In this document: positions 39,221 through 48,346 of the stretch, in pieces
Numbering within the stretch: the first letter of the stretch is position 1
Layout of the letters: each line of letters starts with the position of its first letter
Source of the DNA: a phage
Reading direction: 5' to 3' (one strand)
Sequence record: PZ534534.1
DNA: 64,000 bases
The notes under the pieces: model-generated
The model's database searches: none
What the model saw: the letters and a program-made list of their open reading frames with translations, nothing else
Told to the model about the DNA's origin: nothing
Translations under genes and position numbers: made by a program

Positions 39221-39637
39221 ATGACATTAGAAGATATCATTGTTAAACCTGAGAACTATGACCAATACAACCTGTCAACTCAATCTGTAGACCTTGGATG
39301 CGCCACAGTCAGTGCATGGCTGGTTAACGGAAAAGAGCTGGATAAATGCTTAGAAGCTCACATGTCTATTAACAAGTTTCTGGATGAAAATACTCACTGG
39401 CTTGAAGGTGCAGGCGTATATGCTTCATGGTTGGAGAGTATGGGATTCGACTACCAATCTGAAGAGGGGTGGTGGAGCTATTTAGCTATCTGCCCAGAGA
39501 CGCTGCAATGCTTCATGAAATATTCTGAAGATTTGGAGTACCGGGCGGTGGTTGATAGTGCTATTGCCCGTTATAGCCGTAAACCTTTTTCCCACGACAT
39601 TAAAACTGTGGAAGAATTTGTTGAAGTTTTCTGTTGA
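39221..39637 (+). CDS. hypothetical protein (138 aa)
   Basis: ORF with AAGGAG RBS. Confidence 0.55.
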   Translation: MTLEDIIVKPENYDQYNLSTQSVDLGCATVSAWLVNGKELDKCLEAHMSINKFLDENTHWLEGAGVYASWLESMGFDYQSEEGWWSYLAICPETLQCFMKYSEDLEYRAVVDSAIARYSRKPFSHDIKTVEEFVEVFC

Positions 39638-39733
39638 CACAAGTTGAAAGGTGTGTAATTATAACTTCATAGAACGGGAGGACGTGATGAACGAAGAAAA
39701 CTGGGATGTATAACTAACAGGAGGCCACTGCCC

Positions 39734-39931
39734 ATGATTTATCGAATCCGTGTAAGAGAAGATGCACCAGGCTGTTACTTTGACTGGCGTGGGTGGTGGT
39801 TTCTCCACCCGATGGATGGACTCACAGATAGAATGCTGGATGCTGCCCTTTATACAGATACCGACATAGAATATAATCTCTATCTGAAGGACGGTATAGA
39901 TAACGGTCTATTTGAAGCAATTCCTGTGTAA
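39734..39931 (+). CDS. hypothetical protein (65 aa)
   Basis: ORF with AGGAGG RBS. Confidence 0.5.
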   Translation: MIYRIRVREDAPGCYFDWRGWWFLHPMDGLTDRMLDAALYTDTDIEYNLYLKDGIDNGLFEAIPV

Positions 39932-39999
39932 GAGACTGTGATAGCCATGTTTTATGATCTTCCTGTAGCACCACCACCTGTTGAACCCGGAGAACTAAG

Positions 40000-40425
40000 A
40001 TGATCTATGAAATGCCAAAACTGATTCGTGACGATGCCCAAAACGCTCACACCATTATTATGGGCAAACGCATGGATATTATTTGTCATAAAGATTTCTG
40101 GGAAGGAAGTTACTTCACAGAGTATTTTGGTAAACTGGACAATGGTCTGCTGATCCAGTTCTACACCGATGCGGAAAACAACATTCCCTGGGAGTTCGAA
40201 ACTGAAGATGTCCATAAACTTTTCACCTTCCTCGGTATTAAGGTTAAGGCCAAGTTTGAAGAAGGTGAGTGCGACGATTGTGGATTTTATGAGGTAACAG
40301 ATTTCTACCTTCCTAGCGGTAAGAACCTTTACTATGAAAGCCACTTCGGTAACTCCAATATGCCACAGTGCTGGACTGAGTTTTTTGAAATTGCGGAAGA
40401 GGAGCTGGCTTACCGTGATTATTGA
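40000..40425 (+). CDS. hypothetical protein (141 aa)
   Basis: ORF in array. Confidence 0.5.
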   Translation: MIYEMPKLIRDDAQNAHTIIMGKRMDIICHKDFWEGSYFTEYFGKLDNGLLIQFYTDAENNIPWEFETEDVHKLFTFLGIKVKAKFEEGECDDCGFYEVTDFYLPSGKNLYYESHFGNSNMPQCWTEFFEIAEEELAYRDY

Positions 40426-40873
40426 TACTGTAGAGGGAGATTTAATCTCCCTTTTTAAGAGTGGTGCTGGTCACCTGATCCACGGTTGTAACTGCTTCCA
40501 CACAATGGGCAAGGGTATAGCAAAACAGATTGCCCGTGAGTTTCCTCAAGCACTGTCAGCCGACAAAGAGACTAGATACGGTTGCCTAAGTAAACTGGGT
40601 GCGTTCTCCCGATGGGAGCACTTATCTCCGATAGGTATTGTCTACGGAATCAATCTATATACCCAGTTCTACCCAGGACCTAATGCTGAGTATTTCTCAA
40701 TCCTGAAAGGCTTTGAGCTAGTCAATGAAGTATTCAGCGGATCGACTTTACCATTCTACATCCCTAAGATCGGGTGCGGCATAGGCGGTTTGAAGTTGGA
40801 ACACGTAGAGGACGTTATTAACCTTGCCACTTTCGACATAGATATTGTCGTGGTGGAGTACAAAAAGTGTTGA
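40415..40873 (+). CDS. macro-domain-like protein (putative ADP-ribose binding/processing)
   Basis: GTG start after GAGGAG; N-terminal VEGDLISLFKSGAGHLIHGCNCFHTMGKGIAKQIAREFP resembles macro-domain core. Not HMM-verified. Confidence 0.45.
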   Translation: MIIDTVEGDLISLFKSGAGHLIHGCNCFHTMGKGIAKQIAREFPQALSADKETRYGCLSKLGAFSRWEHLSPIGIVYGINLYTQFYPGPNAEYFSILKGFELVNEVFSGSTLPFYIPKIGCGIGGLKLEHVEDVINLATFDIDIVVVEYKKC

Positions 40874-40927
40874 CGACCATCTTCTGAGGTGATATAGTTT
40901 CCACGACAACTAAGAGAGGAGAGCACT

Positions 40928-41098
40928 GTGGAGACTAAAATCTTAATTCTTGCTGTGGTAGATACAACCGAAGGAGCTATATTCGAATCTGCAGGAGGGT
41001 ATTTCTACCTACCATACGGAAAAAGAACTTCCGAGCCAAGTAAAGATTCAATCCTCAAAGTGTTCCCGTGTGCTTTCTGGCTGGAGATTTTGGTATAA
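40928..41098 (+). CDS. small hypothetical protein (56 aa), absent from ORF track
   Basis: GTG start after GAGGAG RBS; translated by hand. Confidence 0.25.
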   Translation: METKILILAVVDTTEGAIFESAGGYFYLPYGKRTSEPSKDSILKVFPCAFWLEILV

Positions 41099-41124
41099 GA
41101 TTGCAGAGGATTTGGGAGAGAATT

Positions 41125-41319
41125 ATGAGAAACAAGAAAGAACTTTACTCCGGTGAGTGGATCAACGATCAACAGGTGGGAGAGGTAACCTGCTTCCGAT
41201 GTTTTACCAGGTACAATCTTAAAACTGCACCAAAAAGTGTTCCAAAGACTGACGGTTACTACATAAAAGAACCTCATTGCCCAAAATGTAAATGCCGATT
41301 GTACTGGAGCAATCTGTAA
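41125..41319 (+). CDS. small zinc-ribbon protein (64 aa)
   Basis: ATG after GGGAGAG; CFRCF...CPKCKC four-Cys pattern. Confidence 0.5.
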   Translation: MRNKKELYSGEWINDQQVGEVTCFRCFTRYNLKTAPKSVPKTDGYYIKEPHCPKCKCRLYWSNL

Positions 41320-41323
41320 GAGG

Positions 41324-41352
41324 TTGACATCTGAAAACTGCAGTGTATAATA
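41324..41352 (+). promoter_or_regulatory. consensus sigma70 promoter (TTGACA-17-TATAAT)
   Basis: Perfect hexamers read directly upstream of 41383 gene. Confidence 0.65.
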
Positions 41353-41382
41353 TACGCATAAACTAACAGAGGGTGATGTATT

Positions 41383-41574
41383 ATGGTAATTTTTAACCGG
41401 GATGGTATCATAGTTAGACAGCACCCGTTCCTTGAATACTATCAAATTGAGCAATGGTGCTACGGGGATTGCAGTCACTCCTATGGGCAAAGTTGGGGAT
41501 ATCGTGCAGTTTTTGAATCCACAGACCTTGACAAAGTAAGACAGAAAGTTTTAGAACTTATTAACAACAAGTGA
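41383..41574 (+). CDS. hypothetical protein (63 aa)
   Basis: ORF downstream of consensus promoter, GAGGG RBS. Confidence 0.5.
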   Translation: MVIFNRDGIIVRQHPFLEYYQIEQWCYGDCSHSYGQSWGYRAVFESTDLDKVRQKVLELINNK

Positions 41575-41584
41575 GTATCGTGCC

Positions 41585-41917
41585 ATGGTAACATTGGAAA
41601 GACGTAAAGCTATCGCCGCCACACTGGCAGACATCTTTTGGGATTGCAACTTAAAAGATACCCGAAATTGTGGCGCATCTGTAGATGTATTATTCCCACG
41701 GCCTACTATTGTTGCAATGGGCAACCTGCTCGATGTGGTATATGGAGCATGGGACAAGGAAGGTGGATTCTATATCTGGCAACCTGACTACGGGACTTGG
41801 AAAGAGGTTAGTGGTTCTTCGGACTTCACTCCTGCAGTGGCTAAAATGGATGGCTGGAAAATCTATGTCGGTAACGACATGGAACTGAAAGGCGAAATTG
41901 TTTACTGGTTACCTTAA
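41585..41917 (+). CDS. hypothetical protein (110 aa)
   Basis: ORF in array. Confidence 0.5.
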   Translation: MVTLERRKAIAATLADIFWDCNLKDTRNCGASVDVLFPRPTIVAMGNLLDVVYGAWDKEGGFYIWQPDYGTWKEVSGSSDFTPAVAKMDGWKIYVGNDMELKGEIVYWLP

Positions 41918-41938
41918 GAAAGTCCAGGAGATAAAGTT

Positions 41939-42184
41939 ATGAACAAAGGGTGGACATTTGTAGACGGCGTTAAAAACATGCCTCTAGGAAAGTATATTGT
42001 AGCCATGGCAGATGAGAATGGCAAGGTTGATTTCGGAGTTTGCGAGGTTGTTCTTGCAGGATCTGGTGACTATGCTCACAAAACTGGGATAATTAACGGT
42101 CATTTCTACTTTGATTACAACCCTGTTGTGGCGTATATGGCTATGCCAGAGTTCGAGCTCCCAAAGGAAGGTGCAGATGTTTAA
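41939..42184 (+). CDS. hypothetical protein (81 aa)
   Basis: AGGAGA RBS. Confidence 0.5.
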   Translation: MNKGWTFVDGVKNMPLGKYIVAMADENGKVDFGVCEVVLAGSGDYAHKTGIINGHFYFDYNPVVAYMAMPEFELPKEGADV

Positions 42185-42374
42185 GCTTAAATCTGCATGG
42201 AACATCGCTGTGGGGGACGAGATCCGTATCCCAGGTGGAAAGACCATTATGAAAATATCTCGTATCGAGTACGAAGGTGATCGTGTATTTCATATCTTTG
42301 CAGAAGATGGTCGAGAAATTTATATACAGGCAGGCTCTCACATCTATATTCGTAAGAAAGGGGAGGACAAATGA
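42177..42374 (+). CDS. hypothetical protein (65 aa)
   Basis: ATG after AAGGAAGG overlapping upstream stop (track start 42111 in same frame). Confidence 0.45.
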   Translation: MFKLKSAWNIAVGDEIRIPGGKTIMKISRIEYEGDRVFHIFAEDGREIYIQAGSHIYIRKKGEDK

Positions 42375-42700
42375 CAGAGATCATCATTTCAACTGCAGGG
42401 TATGTATTCCTGACAATCATTGCGCTGGCTATTCTGGTGGCGGTGTATGGATTTGTTATCCTTCCTATTCTTGAGACATTTAGTTTGTGTCGGTGTTGGA
42501 GAAAAGCTTACGGTCCACAACCATGGAAGGACTGGCCCCACCTGGTGCGCTTAGCGTTCTCTTATGCTTACGATCACTCCAGTAGTGCATGCATAACCGG
42601 ATACCACGCCCACAACTGGAGCTGGGAAGGGTTGAGGAAATGGAATGTTACAAAGACCATACCTCTGCGCATGTACAAACCTAAAAACAAAGACAACTGA
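42371..42700 (+). CDS. membrane protein (109 aa)
   Basis: N-terminal hydrophobic segment IIISTAGYVFLTIIALAILVAVYGFVILPIL; GGGGAGG RBS. Confidence 0.5.
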   Translation: MTEIIISTAGYVFLTIIALAILVAVYGFVILPILETFSLCRCWRKAYGPQPWKDWPHLVRLAFSYAYDHSSSACITGYHAHNWSWEGLRKWNVTKTIPLRMYKPKNKDN

Positions 42701-42724
42701 TACTTGAAAATTCCTGGCATATCA

Positions 42725-43200
42725 AGTATAAGGGGGATTTCTAAAATGGATTTCCTCCTTTTGATATTTCACCGGGCTGGATATTTTAAAATTCTTAGAA
42801 AATCAGAAAATGGATCGAAAACTAAAATGGATTTTTCAGAGTAGGCGCGACAAGCTGAATAGCTCATCCTATCGTTTGCACCATATTCCAGACCACCATT
42901 ATAGATTTCCCACACATGCTAACCTCCCTCTACTAGAACTTCCTCCACTTACCCTTGACCTTCTATGGTAACAATCTAACCACTATCTTGAAGTTGCGGT
43001 GCAGCTTTCCAGGTACTCGATCTACTTTTCATTCCAGGGCTTGGATTTTCTGAAAATTTTTCTCGATAAATTTCTCAGTACTCGATCTGTTTTTCGTTTT
43101 CTGAATCGGATTTTCTGGAAATCGTTCCGGATCTCGACCTGAAATTTTTGGGGACGAAATCTATTTTTCGTTTTCAGAAATGGATTTTTAAAATTTCTAT
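42725..43200. repeat. iteron-like direct-repeat region (GGATTTTC[T/G]GAAA and TACTCGATCT...TTTTCGTTTTC units)
   Basis: At least six GGATTT(T/C)-containing units plus duplicated TACTCGATCT and TTTTCGTTTTC blocks in AT-rich gene-free DNA, read directly. Confidence 0.5.
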
Positions 43201-43665
43201 ATGGGAATATTTTATGGGGCACTGTTTTATAGGAAATTGTTACGGAGGGTAATTAGCATGCTAATTAAATTTATTAAATGCGAGGGATTCTTATTTAGAA
43301 TTTTGAATGATAATTATTCTCGTTTGCAGAATAACGGGCAGGCCCGGTGATTGTCTCCCGGCCCCTGCTGCCCCGGCTTGTTATTATAGTATCACACAGG
43401 ACAAAGAAGGCAAGGATTTTTTGCATAAATTTTTAAATGATAATGATAACCGTTCTCATTTTATGAAGCGCCCATCCCCGGTGGTTGTCTCCCCCGTCAC
43501 CGGTGCCTGCCGTCCTTTCGATAGGTATATTATGCCGCCTGGCGGGGCCGCTGTCAACACTTTTCAAAAAATTTTTCTAACCTGATGCGCTAACCGTTGC
43601 AACCTGGCGGGGCCAGCCTGGCAGGTCCGCACTATAAAGTAAACAGCTACAGAAGAGGTACAAAA

Positions 43666-43842
43666 ATGAAAGGTAATGCTACTCGCCTGGGAAATGTAGT
43701 GATTAATGATACGGAAGCTATCGCCCTGGTTGAAAAGGTTATGGCGGGAGCGTTGGAACATAAAGAAGAGTACGAAAAAAAATGGTGGTTAACCTGGCGG
43801 GGGGCGGCAGGTGGATTCTATCATAAAAATAATTTAAAATAG
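43666..43842 (+). CDS. small early protein (58 aa)
   Basis: ATG after AGAAGAGG RBS (track start 43597 lies in GC-rich repeat). Confidence 0.45.
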   Translation: MKGNATRLGNVVINDTEAIALVEKVMAGALEHKEEYEKKWWLTWRGAAGGFYHKNNLK

Positions 43843-43844
43843 TC

Positions 43845-43874
43845 GTTGACAACAAGGTTAATCATGGTATTATT
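43845..43874 (+). promoter_or_regulatory. sigma70-type promoter (TTGACA-18-TATTAT)
   Basis: Read directly; track ORF start 43846 falls inside this promoter. Confidence 0.5.
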
Positions 43875-43923
43875 ACCCTACAAGGTGAACAACACCGCAC
43901 TAACCAGTAAAGAGGATAAATTT

Positions 43924-44121
43924 ATGAACGCATACGGGATCAAAGTACGTCGCAACACTCGCCAGGTGGTCACCAATCAAGTGATTTGCCGGGTGGATGT
44001 AACCATTAACAACGGGCAAGGCCTTTATAAATTTCGTCGCGGTCATAGCTATACCCTGCAACAGCTTGATCGTTGCGCCCTGACAAAAGGACAGATCAAC
44101 CACTGGTTTAATAAAAAATAA
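43924..44121 (+). CDS. small early protein (65 aa)
   Basis: ATG after AAGAGGA RBS downstream of promoter. Confidence 0.5.
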   Translation: MNAYGIKVRRNTRQVVTNQVICRVDVTINNGQGLYKFRRGHSYTLQQLDRCALTKGQINHWFNKK

Positions 44122-44124
44122 GTA

Positions 44125-44153
44125 TTGACATATAGTCCGACACCAAATACACT
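44125..44153 (+). promoter_or_regulatory. sigma70-type promoter (TTGACA-17-TACACT)
   Basis: Read directly upstream of 44186 gene. Confidence 0.5.
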
Positions 44154-44185
44154 AAAAGCACAAAAGACACTAAGAGGATAAAATC

Positions 44186-44584
44186 ATGAAAACCACTACC
44201 TTTAATTTTGATAATGCGGACTTTTCTTTTTCTGATGTCAAGAACTGCCGCCGTGATCGTGGATTTTACAAGGCTTATAATCTGGTGGGCCTGGACGATG
44301 ACAATAATTTGCACGAAGTAGCTGAGATCCGGTATTATGCCGCCGCCAGCGGGAACACTCACTACTGCGTGTTTTGGATTCACGACAACAAGAACAATAA
44401 GTACGGTTATACTGGCGGCAAGGCGAGCGGTCACGGTTACGATAAAGCTAACGCAGCACTTGAGGGCGCATTAAATGCTATGGGGATCACTGCCGACGGC
44501 TGGATCTACGAAGAAGAGTTTTTGTCGGCACTTGCTGACCACCTGGGCTATAAAAAACACATTGTAACATGTGCCCACGAATAA
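44186..44584 (+). CDS. early protein (132 aa)
   Basis: AAGAGGA RBS. Confidence 0.55.
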   Translation: MKTTTFNFDNADFSFSDVKNCRRDRGFYKAYNLVGLDDDNNLHEVAEIRYYAAASGNTHYCVFWIHDNKNNKYGYTGGKASGHGYDKANAALEGALNAMGITADGWIYEEEFLSALADHLGYKKHIVTCAHE

Positions 44585-44668
44585 AAAATTATTGACACGC
44601 TGCAAAATTCAAGTAAACTATACACAAAAGGCGGGAATGTTTCCCGCCAACACAAAGGAAAAAAGATC

Positions 44669-45064
44669 ATGAATAAGAACGTACGCCGCATCATGAACGA
44701 ACTGGCAAACGATGAAAAAATTATTGATATGCATTTGGTCAACATTTGCCACCGTTGTGTAACATACAACAACCGCGCCGCGAAAGCGCGTGAGATGAAC
44801 GCAAAAGGCACCTTAAAGCCCTTTCAGGTGGTTGTAAAATCTATAACTAGCGCAGCAGGCCAGGCGCATGACCACAACAACGAGAGCGCTAATATTGATC
44901 CGTCTTACGTAATGAAACGGATCCGGACTTGCAAGAATAAAGAGCAGGTGTATAACGTCATAGATTGGCTGGACTCCCTGGGCGATGTGGTTTACAATAG
45001 GTTTTCTGCAGCTATTGAGATTCAGTTAGACAGGTTGGACGGGAAAGTACTGAAAACTTACTGA
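44669..45064 (+). CDS. early protein (131 aa)
   Basis: 5' leader hairpin GCGGGAA-TGT-TTCCCGC then ACACAAAGGA RBS. Confidence 0.55.
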   Translation: MNKNVRRIMNELANDEKIIDMHLVNICHRCVTYNNRAAKAREMNAKGTLKPFQVVVKSITSAAGQAHDHNNESANIDPSYVMKRIRTCKNKEQVYNVIDWLDSLGDVVYNRFSAAIEIQLDRLDGKVLKTY

Positions 45065-45065
45065 G

Positions 45066-45111
45066 TTTATTTTTAGATGGCCTTGACTCCAGGGCCATCA
45101 ATAAAGTAAAC
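45066..45111 (+). repeat. conserved about 46-bp regulatory element, copy 1 (UP-like A/T tract + GATGGCC-TTGACTCCA-GGCCATC palindrome + AATAAAGTAAAC)
   Basis: Near-identical copies at 45688 and 49405; palindrome contains TTGACT. Confidence 0.6.
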
Positions 45112-45144
45112 TAACCACAGTTGAGCGGAAAGGGGGGCTTAAAG

Positions 45145-45264
45145 ATGAGTACTACACGCCAGCACACAAAGGTAACTATTATCGTTTGCATCATTGGGTA
45201 CATCCTGGCGCAAATGTTGATGGGTAGCGCCAACGGTGTCGCAAAATTTTTCTTAAACTTTTAA
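45145..45264 (+). CDS. small hydrophobic peptide (39 aa), absent from ORF track
   Basis: ATG after AAAGGGGGG RBS; IIVCIIGYILAQMLMG hydrophobic core; translated by hand. Confidence 0.35.
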   Translation: MSTTRQHTKVTIIVCIIGYILAQMLMGSANGVAKFFLNF

Positions 45265-45292
45265 TTGACAAGCTAACTTAAATCGATATAAT
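45265..45292 (+). promoter_or_regulatory. sigma70-type promoter (TTGACA-16-TATAAT)
   Basis: Read directly; followed by AAACGGGAAAACTTCCC leader hairpin. Confidence 0.55.
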
Positions 45293-45343
45293 AAGCACAT
45301 AAACGGGAAAACTTCCCAGAATACACAAAAGGAGAAAAACACC

Positions 45344-45685
45344 ATGACTACTATGACCGCCGCAGAAAAAGCTATGCAGATCGCTGAACTGAAAAAACAG
45401 ATCGCAGACCTTGAGAATAAGATCGATAACTTTGAAATCGACGAGGACAAGTACGACGAAAACTATGATGAATGGTTAGACGAGATCTACGGCGAAATTA
45501 TGATCGGAAACATTTCTTTTCTTCCGTCGCGTATCCTCAAGGAGTTAGATCCTATCGCTTACCGCTGCGGATTTAGCGACTACATCGACAGCCTGGATAT
45601 TGAGGACGATGAAGAATACCAGGAATTGCAGACAGAGCTGGAAGAAATGAAAGAAGAGCTTTCAGAGCTGGAAGAAAACGAGTAA
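45344..45685 (+). CDS. acidic coiled-coil early protein (113 aa)
   Basis: AAAGGAGAAAAAC RBS; heptad-like Glu/Leu-rich sequence. Confidence 0.55.
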   Translation: MTTMTAAEKAMQIAELKKQIADLENKIDNFEIDEDKYDENYDEWLDEIYGEIMIGNISFLPSRILKELDPIAYRCGFSDYIDSLDIEDDEEYQELQTELEEMKEELSELEENE

Positions 45686-45687
45686 AA

Positions 45688-45733
45688 TTTATTTTTAGAT
45701 GGCCTTGACTCCAGGGCCATCAATAAAGTAAAC
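45688..45733 (+). repeat. conserved about 46-bp regulatory element, copy 2
   Basis: Identical core to copy 1. Confidence 0.6.
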
Positions 45734-45772
45734 TTTACACTGTTAACACTGAACTAATGAGGAGTTAAAACC

Positions 45773-46018
45773 ATGGCAGCACTAATCACAAAATATTATG
45801 CGCCCACCAACACCAAAAGCGCCCGTATCATGGTAAAAGGCTTCGGACGTAAAAAGGTTTACACCTGGGATTATGCCTTAGACACGGAAGACAACTACAC
45901 CAACGCGATGACCGATTTTATTAATGATCTGAACACGCGGATCTTGACAAATTATAAAATTACCGATATTGCCTATATAGGGGAAGGCGGGATCTGTTTT
46001 GTCGGTATCGTCAAATAA
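45773..46018 (+). CDS. early protein (81 aa)
   Basis: TIR GGAGTTAAAACCATGGC identical to that of 50019 gene. Confidence 0.55.
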   Translation: MAALITKYYAPTNTKSARIMVKGFGRKKVYTWDYALDTEDNYTNAMTDFINDLNTRILTNYKITDIAYIGEGGICFVGIVK

Positions 46019-46093
46019 GCTGTTTTTTCGGTGGTCCTGGTAGCAGGGCCATCTATAAAGACAGTTTATCAACACAATGAAAGGAGAAAGTAC

Positions 46094-46447
46094 ATGATCA
46101 GCGGGGCAAGTTTTATTATTGGCGCTATTGCTACGGCTTTAATTGTAAACAAGATCCAATCTAAAAACGAAAAAGAGAGCAACGCGCTCACAGAATACCC
46201 ATTTTGGGTATTCAACGACAATGAAGACTACATTATCAAGTACAAGAATGAGAAGGGCGACCAGGTAACACCGCGACCGATCCCGGCTTACAAAATGCAG
46301 GAAACACTATACCGCCTAAAGGCTGGGGGCGCAAAAATTGTAGACTTTTGGGGATACGATCACACAGATCAGGAAGTTATAAAGCGCCGTATCCGGGCTA
46401 TTCAGGCCAATATTGAAGTTAGCAAGGGGGGAATATATGAAAATTAA
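46094..46447 (+). CDS. membrane-anchored early protein (117 aa)
   Basis: ATG after AAGGAGAAAG; N-terminal TM helix ISGASFIIGAIATALIV (track start 46031 lies in upstream palindrome). Confidence 0.5.
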   Translation: MISGASFIIGAIATALIVNKIQSKNEKESNALTEYPFWVFNDNEDYIIKYKNEKGDQVTPRPIPAYKMQETLYRLKAGGAKIVDFWGYDHTDQEVIKRRIRAIQANIEVSKGGIYEN

Positions 46448-46634
46448 TTTCGAGAAAATTGTAAAGCGCCCTCATGATTCCGAAGAGCTGCCAGAACGCC
46501 GCCAGCGTAACAATAAACTGAATAAGCCAAAAAGGTTTGGGAAGATCTGGCGTAATCATTATGATCGTAAATTGCCCGGCCTACTTTTGGAACGTGAACG
46601 ACAGGCAGAACGATACCGCCATAAAGACAAATAA
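46437..46634 (+). CDS. small basic early protein (65 aa)
   Basis: ATG after AAGGGGGG; Arg/Lys-rich. Confidence 0.45.
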   Translation: MKINFEKIVKRPHDSEELPERRQRNNKLNKPKRFGKIWRNHYDRKLPGLLLERERQAERYRHKDK

Positions 46635-46641
46635 CAACCAA

Positions 46642-46672
46642 CGCCCCGCCATTGTGCGGGGCTTTTTATTTC
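46642..46672 (+). terminator. rho-independent terminator
   Basis: GCCCCGC-cattgt-GCGGGGC hairpin followed by TTTTTATTT. Confidence 0.7.
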
Positions 46673-46792
46673 TATCCTACGAATAGCGCCCCTGGTTGGC
46701 CCTGTAAGCGCCAAAAAGGCCCCCACCTATGCAATCGCCCCCTTTAACCTGAAAACATCGCCCAAGGCCGTTTTATGGCGTTAAAAATATCA

Positions 46793-46820
46793 TTGACATC
46801 GTCAACAGGTTAGCTATACT
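46793..46820 (+). promoter_or_regulatory. sigma70-type promoter (TTGACA-16-TATACT)
   Basis: Read directly. Confidence 0.55.
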
Positions 46821-46852
46821 AACCACATCAAAGAGAGAAAGGAGTAAACGCC

Positions 46853-47113
46853 ATGCGTAAATTAAAAAATTTTGATAAAGTTGATGTTGTCCTGAATAAT
46901 TTTTACTACTGCAACAACAAGGCTATTTGGTGGCGTGATAGTTCCACCGATAAAGTCAAGGCGCGCTTTCTCCAGGGGCACTGGCAAGGCCGCCCAGTGA
47001 TTAAAATCATGGGGCAATTGGTAGCGTTTAAAAATTGCCGCCGTGTTGATGACGTTGAGGAGATTTTAAACATTTTGCGCCACAATAATTTAAAAAATAG
47101 TGTTGACAAGTAA
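46853..47113 (+). CDS. early protein (86 aa)
   Basis: AAAGGAG RBS. Confidence 0.55.
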   Translation: MRKLKNFDKVDVVLNNFYYCNNKAIWWRDSSTDKVKARFLQGHWQGRPVIKIMGQLVAFKNCRRVDDVEEILNILRHNNLKNSVDK

Positions 47114-47129
47114 ATCTTGATAAGTATAC
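47102..47129 (+). promoter_or_regulatory. sigma70-type promoter (TTGACA-16-TATACT) overlapping end of upstream gene
   Basis: Read directly; followed by AAACGGGAAAACTTCCCG leader hairpin. Confidence 0.55.
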
Positions 47130-47187
47130 TTAAACACGTAAACGGGAAAACTTCCCGCCACTAACAAAGAAAACAGGAGAAAATATC

Positions 47188-47811
47188 ATGACCACCGTTA
47201 ACATTACCACAGGTTACAATTTATCTTTCGACGTGCTGACCGACGAACAAAAAGAAAAAGCCATTGAAATGGTACGCGAAAGAGAAGAACACAGCGGGGA
47301 TGACTTTTTTGCAGAAAGTGTAATTGAACACTACAAAGAATATATCTTTCCAGAGTACGGCCTTGAAGATACCGAAGTACATTGGTCCGGCTTTTGGTGC
47401 CAGGGTGACGGCGCTTCAATCAGTGCTGAAAACGTGGATTTAGAAAAATTTTTGCGTAAAGTAAAGGCCCTGACCAAGTTCCGATCAATTCGTCACTTGT
47501 TCGGCACAATGCACGATGGCGAGTTATCAGCCAGTGTTGAACGCGACAAGTACAGCCATTACAGCCATGAAAACACTGTAAGCGGATACATTGATACCAC
47601 CTGGCTAGATCTGACCGCCAAACAAGAAAACAAAGTGGAAGACCTGGAAGAGCTGATCACCGAGACGGTACGGGAGCTATCCCGCAAGGTTTACGTAGAC
47701 CTGGAGGGGGCCTATCTTGAACAATTCACTACCGAAAACCTGATCGGCCTTATCGAGGCCAATGATTGGCGGTTTGATGTGGATGAAGATGGCGAGATGA
47801 CTTTTTCATAA
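47188..47811 (+). CDS. early protein (207 aa)
   Basis: ACAGGAGAAAA RBS; acidic. Confidence 0.6.
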   Translation: MTTVNITTGYNLSFDVLTDEQKEKAIEMVREREEHSGDDFFAESVIEHYKEYIFPEYGLEDTEVHWSGFWCQGDGASISAENVDLEKFLRKVKALTKFRSIRHLFGTMHDGELSASVERDKYSHYSHENTVSGYIDTTWLDLTAKQENKVEDLEELITETVRELSRKVYVDLEGAYLEQFTTENLIGLIEANDWRFDVDEDGEMTFS

Positions 47812-47901
47812 ATAAAGTGTTGCAATAACCTAAAAACCTGCTATATTAAAACTCAAGGGGGCAAGACGTTTGCCCCCACACAAAACAAAGAGGAAAACAT
47901 C

Positions 47902-48282
47902 ATGAAAAACACTACTAAAGCTATTGACACCGTTATGTTTAACCTGGTTACCTTTCGCGAGGATATGAAAGATCTTCCGCGTGAAACAGTGTGCGACCAT
48001 ATCGAAAACTATCGCAAACTAATCAAAGAGTTGCCTTTAAAACGTGATCAGTATGCGGCTAACGCCATGCTTAATGCCATGATCAAAAAGATGATCCAGT
48101 GTGATTTAACTCTAGCCTATGATTATGCGGGTGGTCGTTTTGCAGTATACAATCAGCCCGTGCCCGGTATGAGCACCACCGAAGAATTGCACGCGCTCAA
48201 TCTAAAACAAGACGTGTGGGATAGTATGCCTCGCGTGGTGGTATGGGTAGAAAGCGGAAAGATTTACGGCGATAATTTTTAA
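47902..48282 (+). CDS. early protein (126 aa)
   Basis: Leader hairpin GGGGGCAAGACGTTTGCCCCC + ACACAAAACAAAGAGGAAAAC RBS. Confidence 0.55.
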   Translation: MKNTTKAIDTVMFNLVTFREDMKDLPRETVCDHIENYRKLIKELPLKRDQYAANAMLNAMIKKMIQCDLTLAYDYAGGRFAVYNQPVPGMSTTEELHALNLKQDVWDSMPRVVVWVESGKIYGDNF

Positions 48283-48291
48283 TCAGGTAAC

Positions 48292-48316
48292 AGGCGGCAT
48301 ATTTGCCGCCTTATTG
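48292..48316 (+). terminator. rho-independent terminator
   Basis: GGCGGCA-tat-TGCCGCC hairpin followed by TTATTGTT. Confidence 0.6.
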
Positions 48317-48346
48317 TTAATCAGAACTGTAAAAGAGGTACATAGA

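Noticed and set aside
41005-41490. 161-aa minus-strand ORF
   Set aside because: Overlaps two plus-strand genes with good RBSs and a consensus plus-strand promoter; an isolated antisense ORF in a uniformly plus-strand block is unlikely.
43307-43585. 92-aa plus-strand ORF MIIILVCRITGRPGDC...
   Set aside because: Lies entirely over GC-rich repeat elements; Pro/Ala/Gly-rich translation reflects repeat composition; no RBS.
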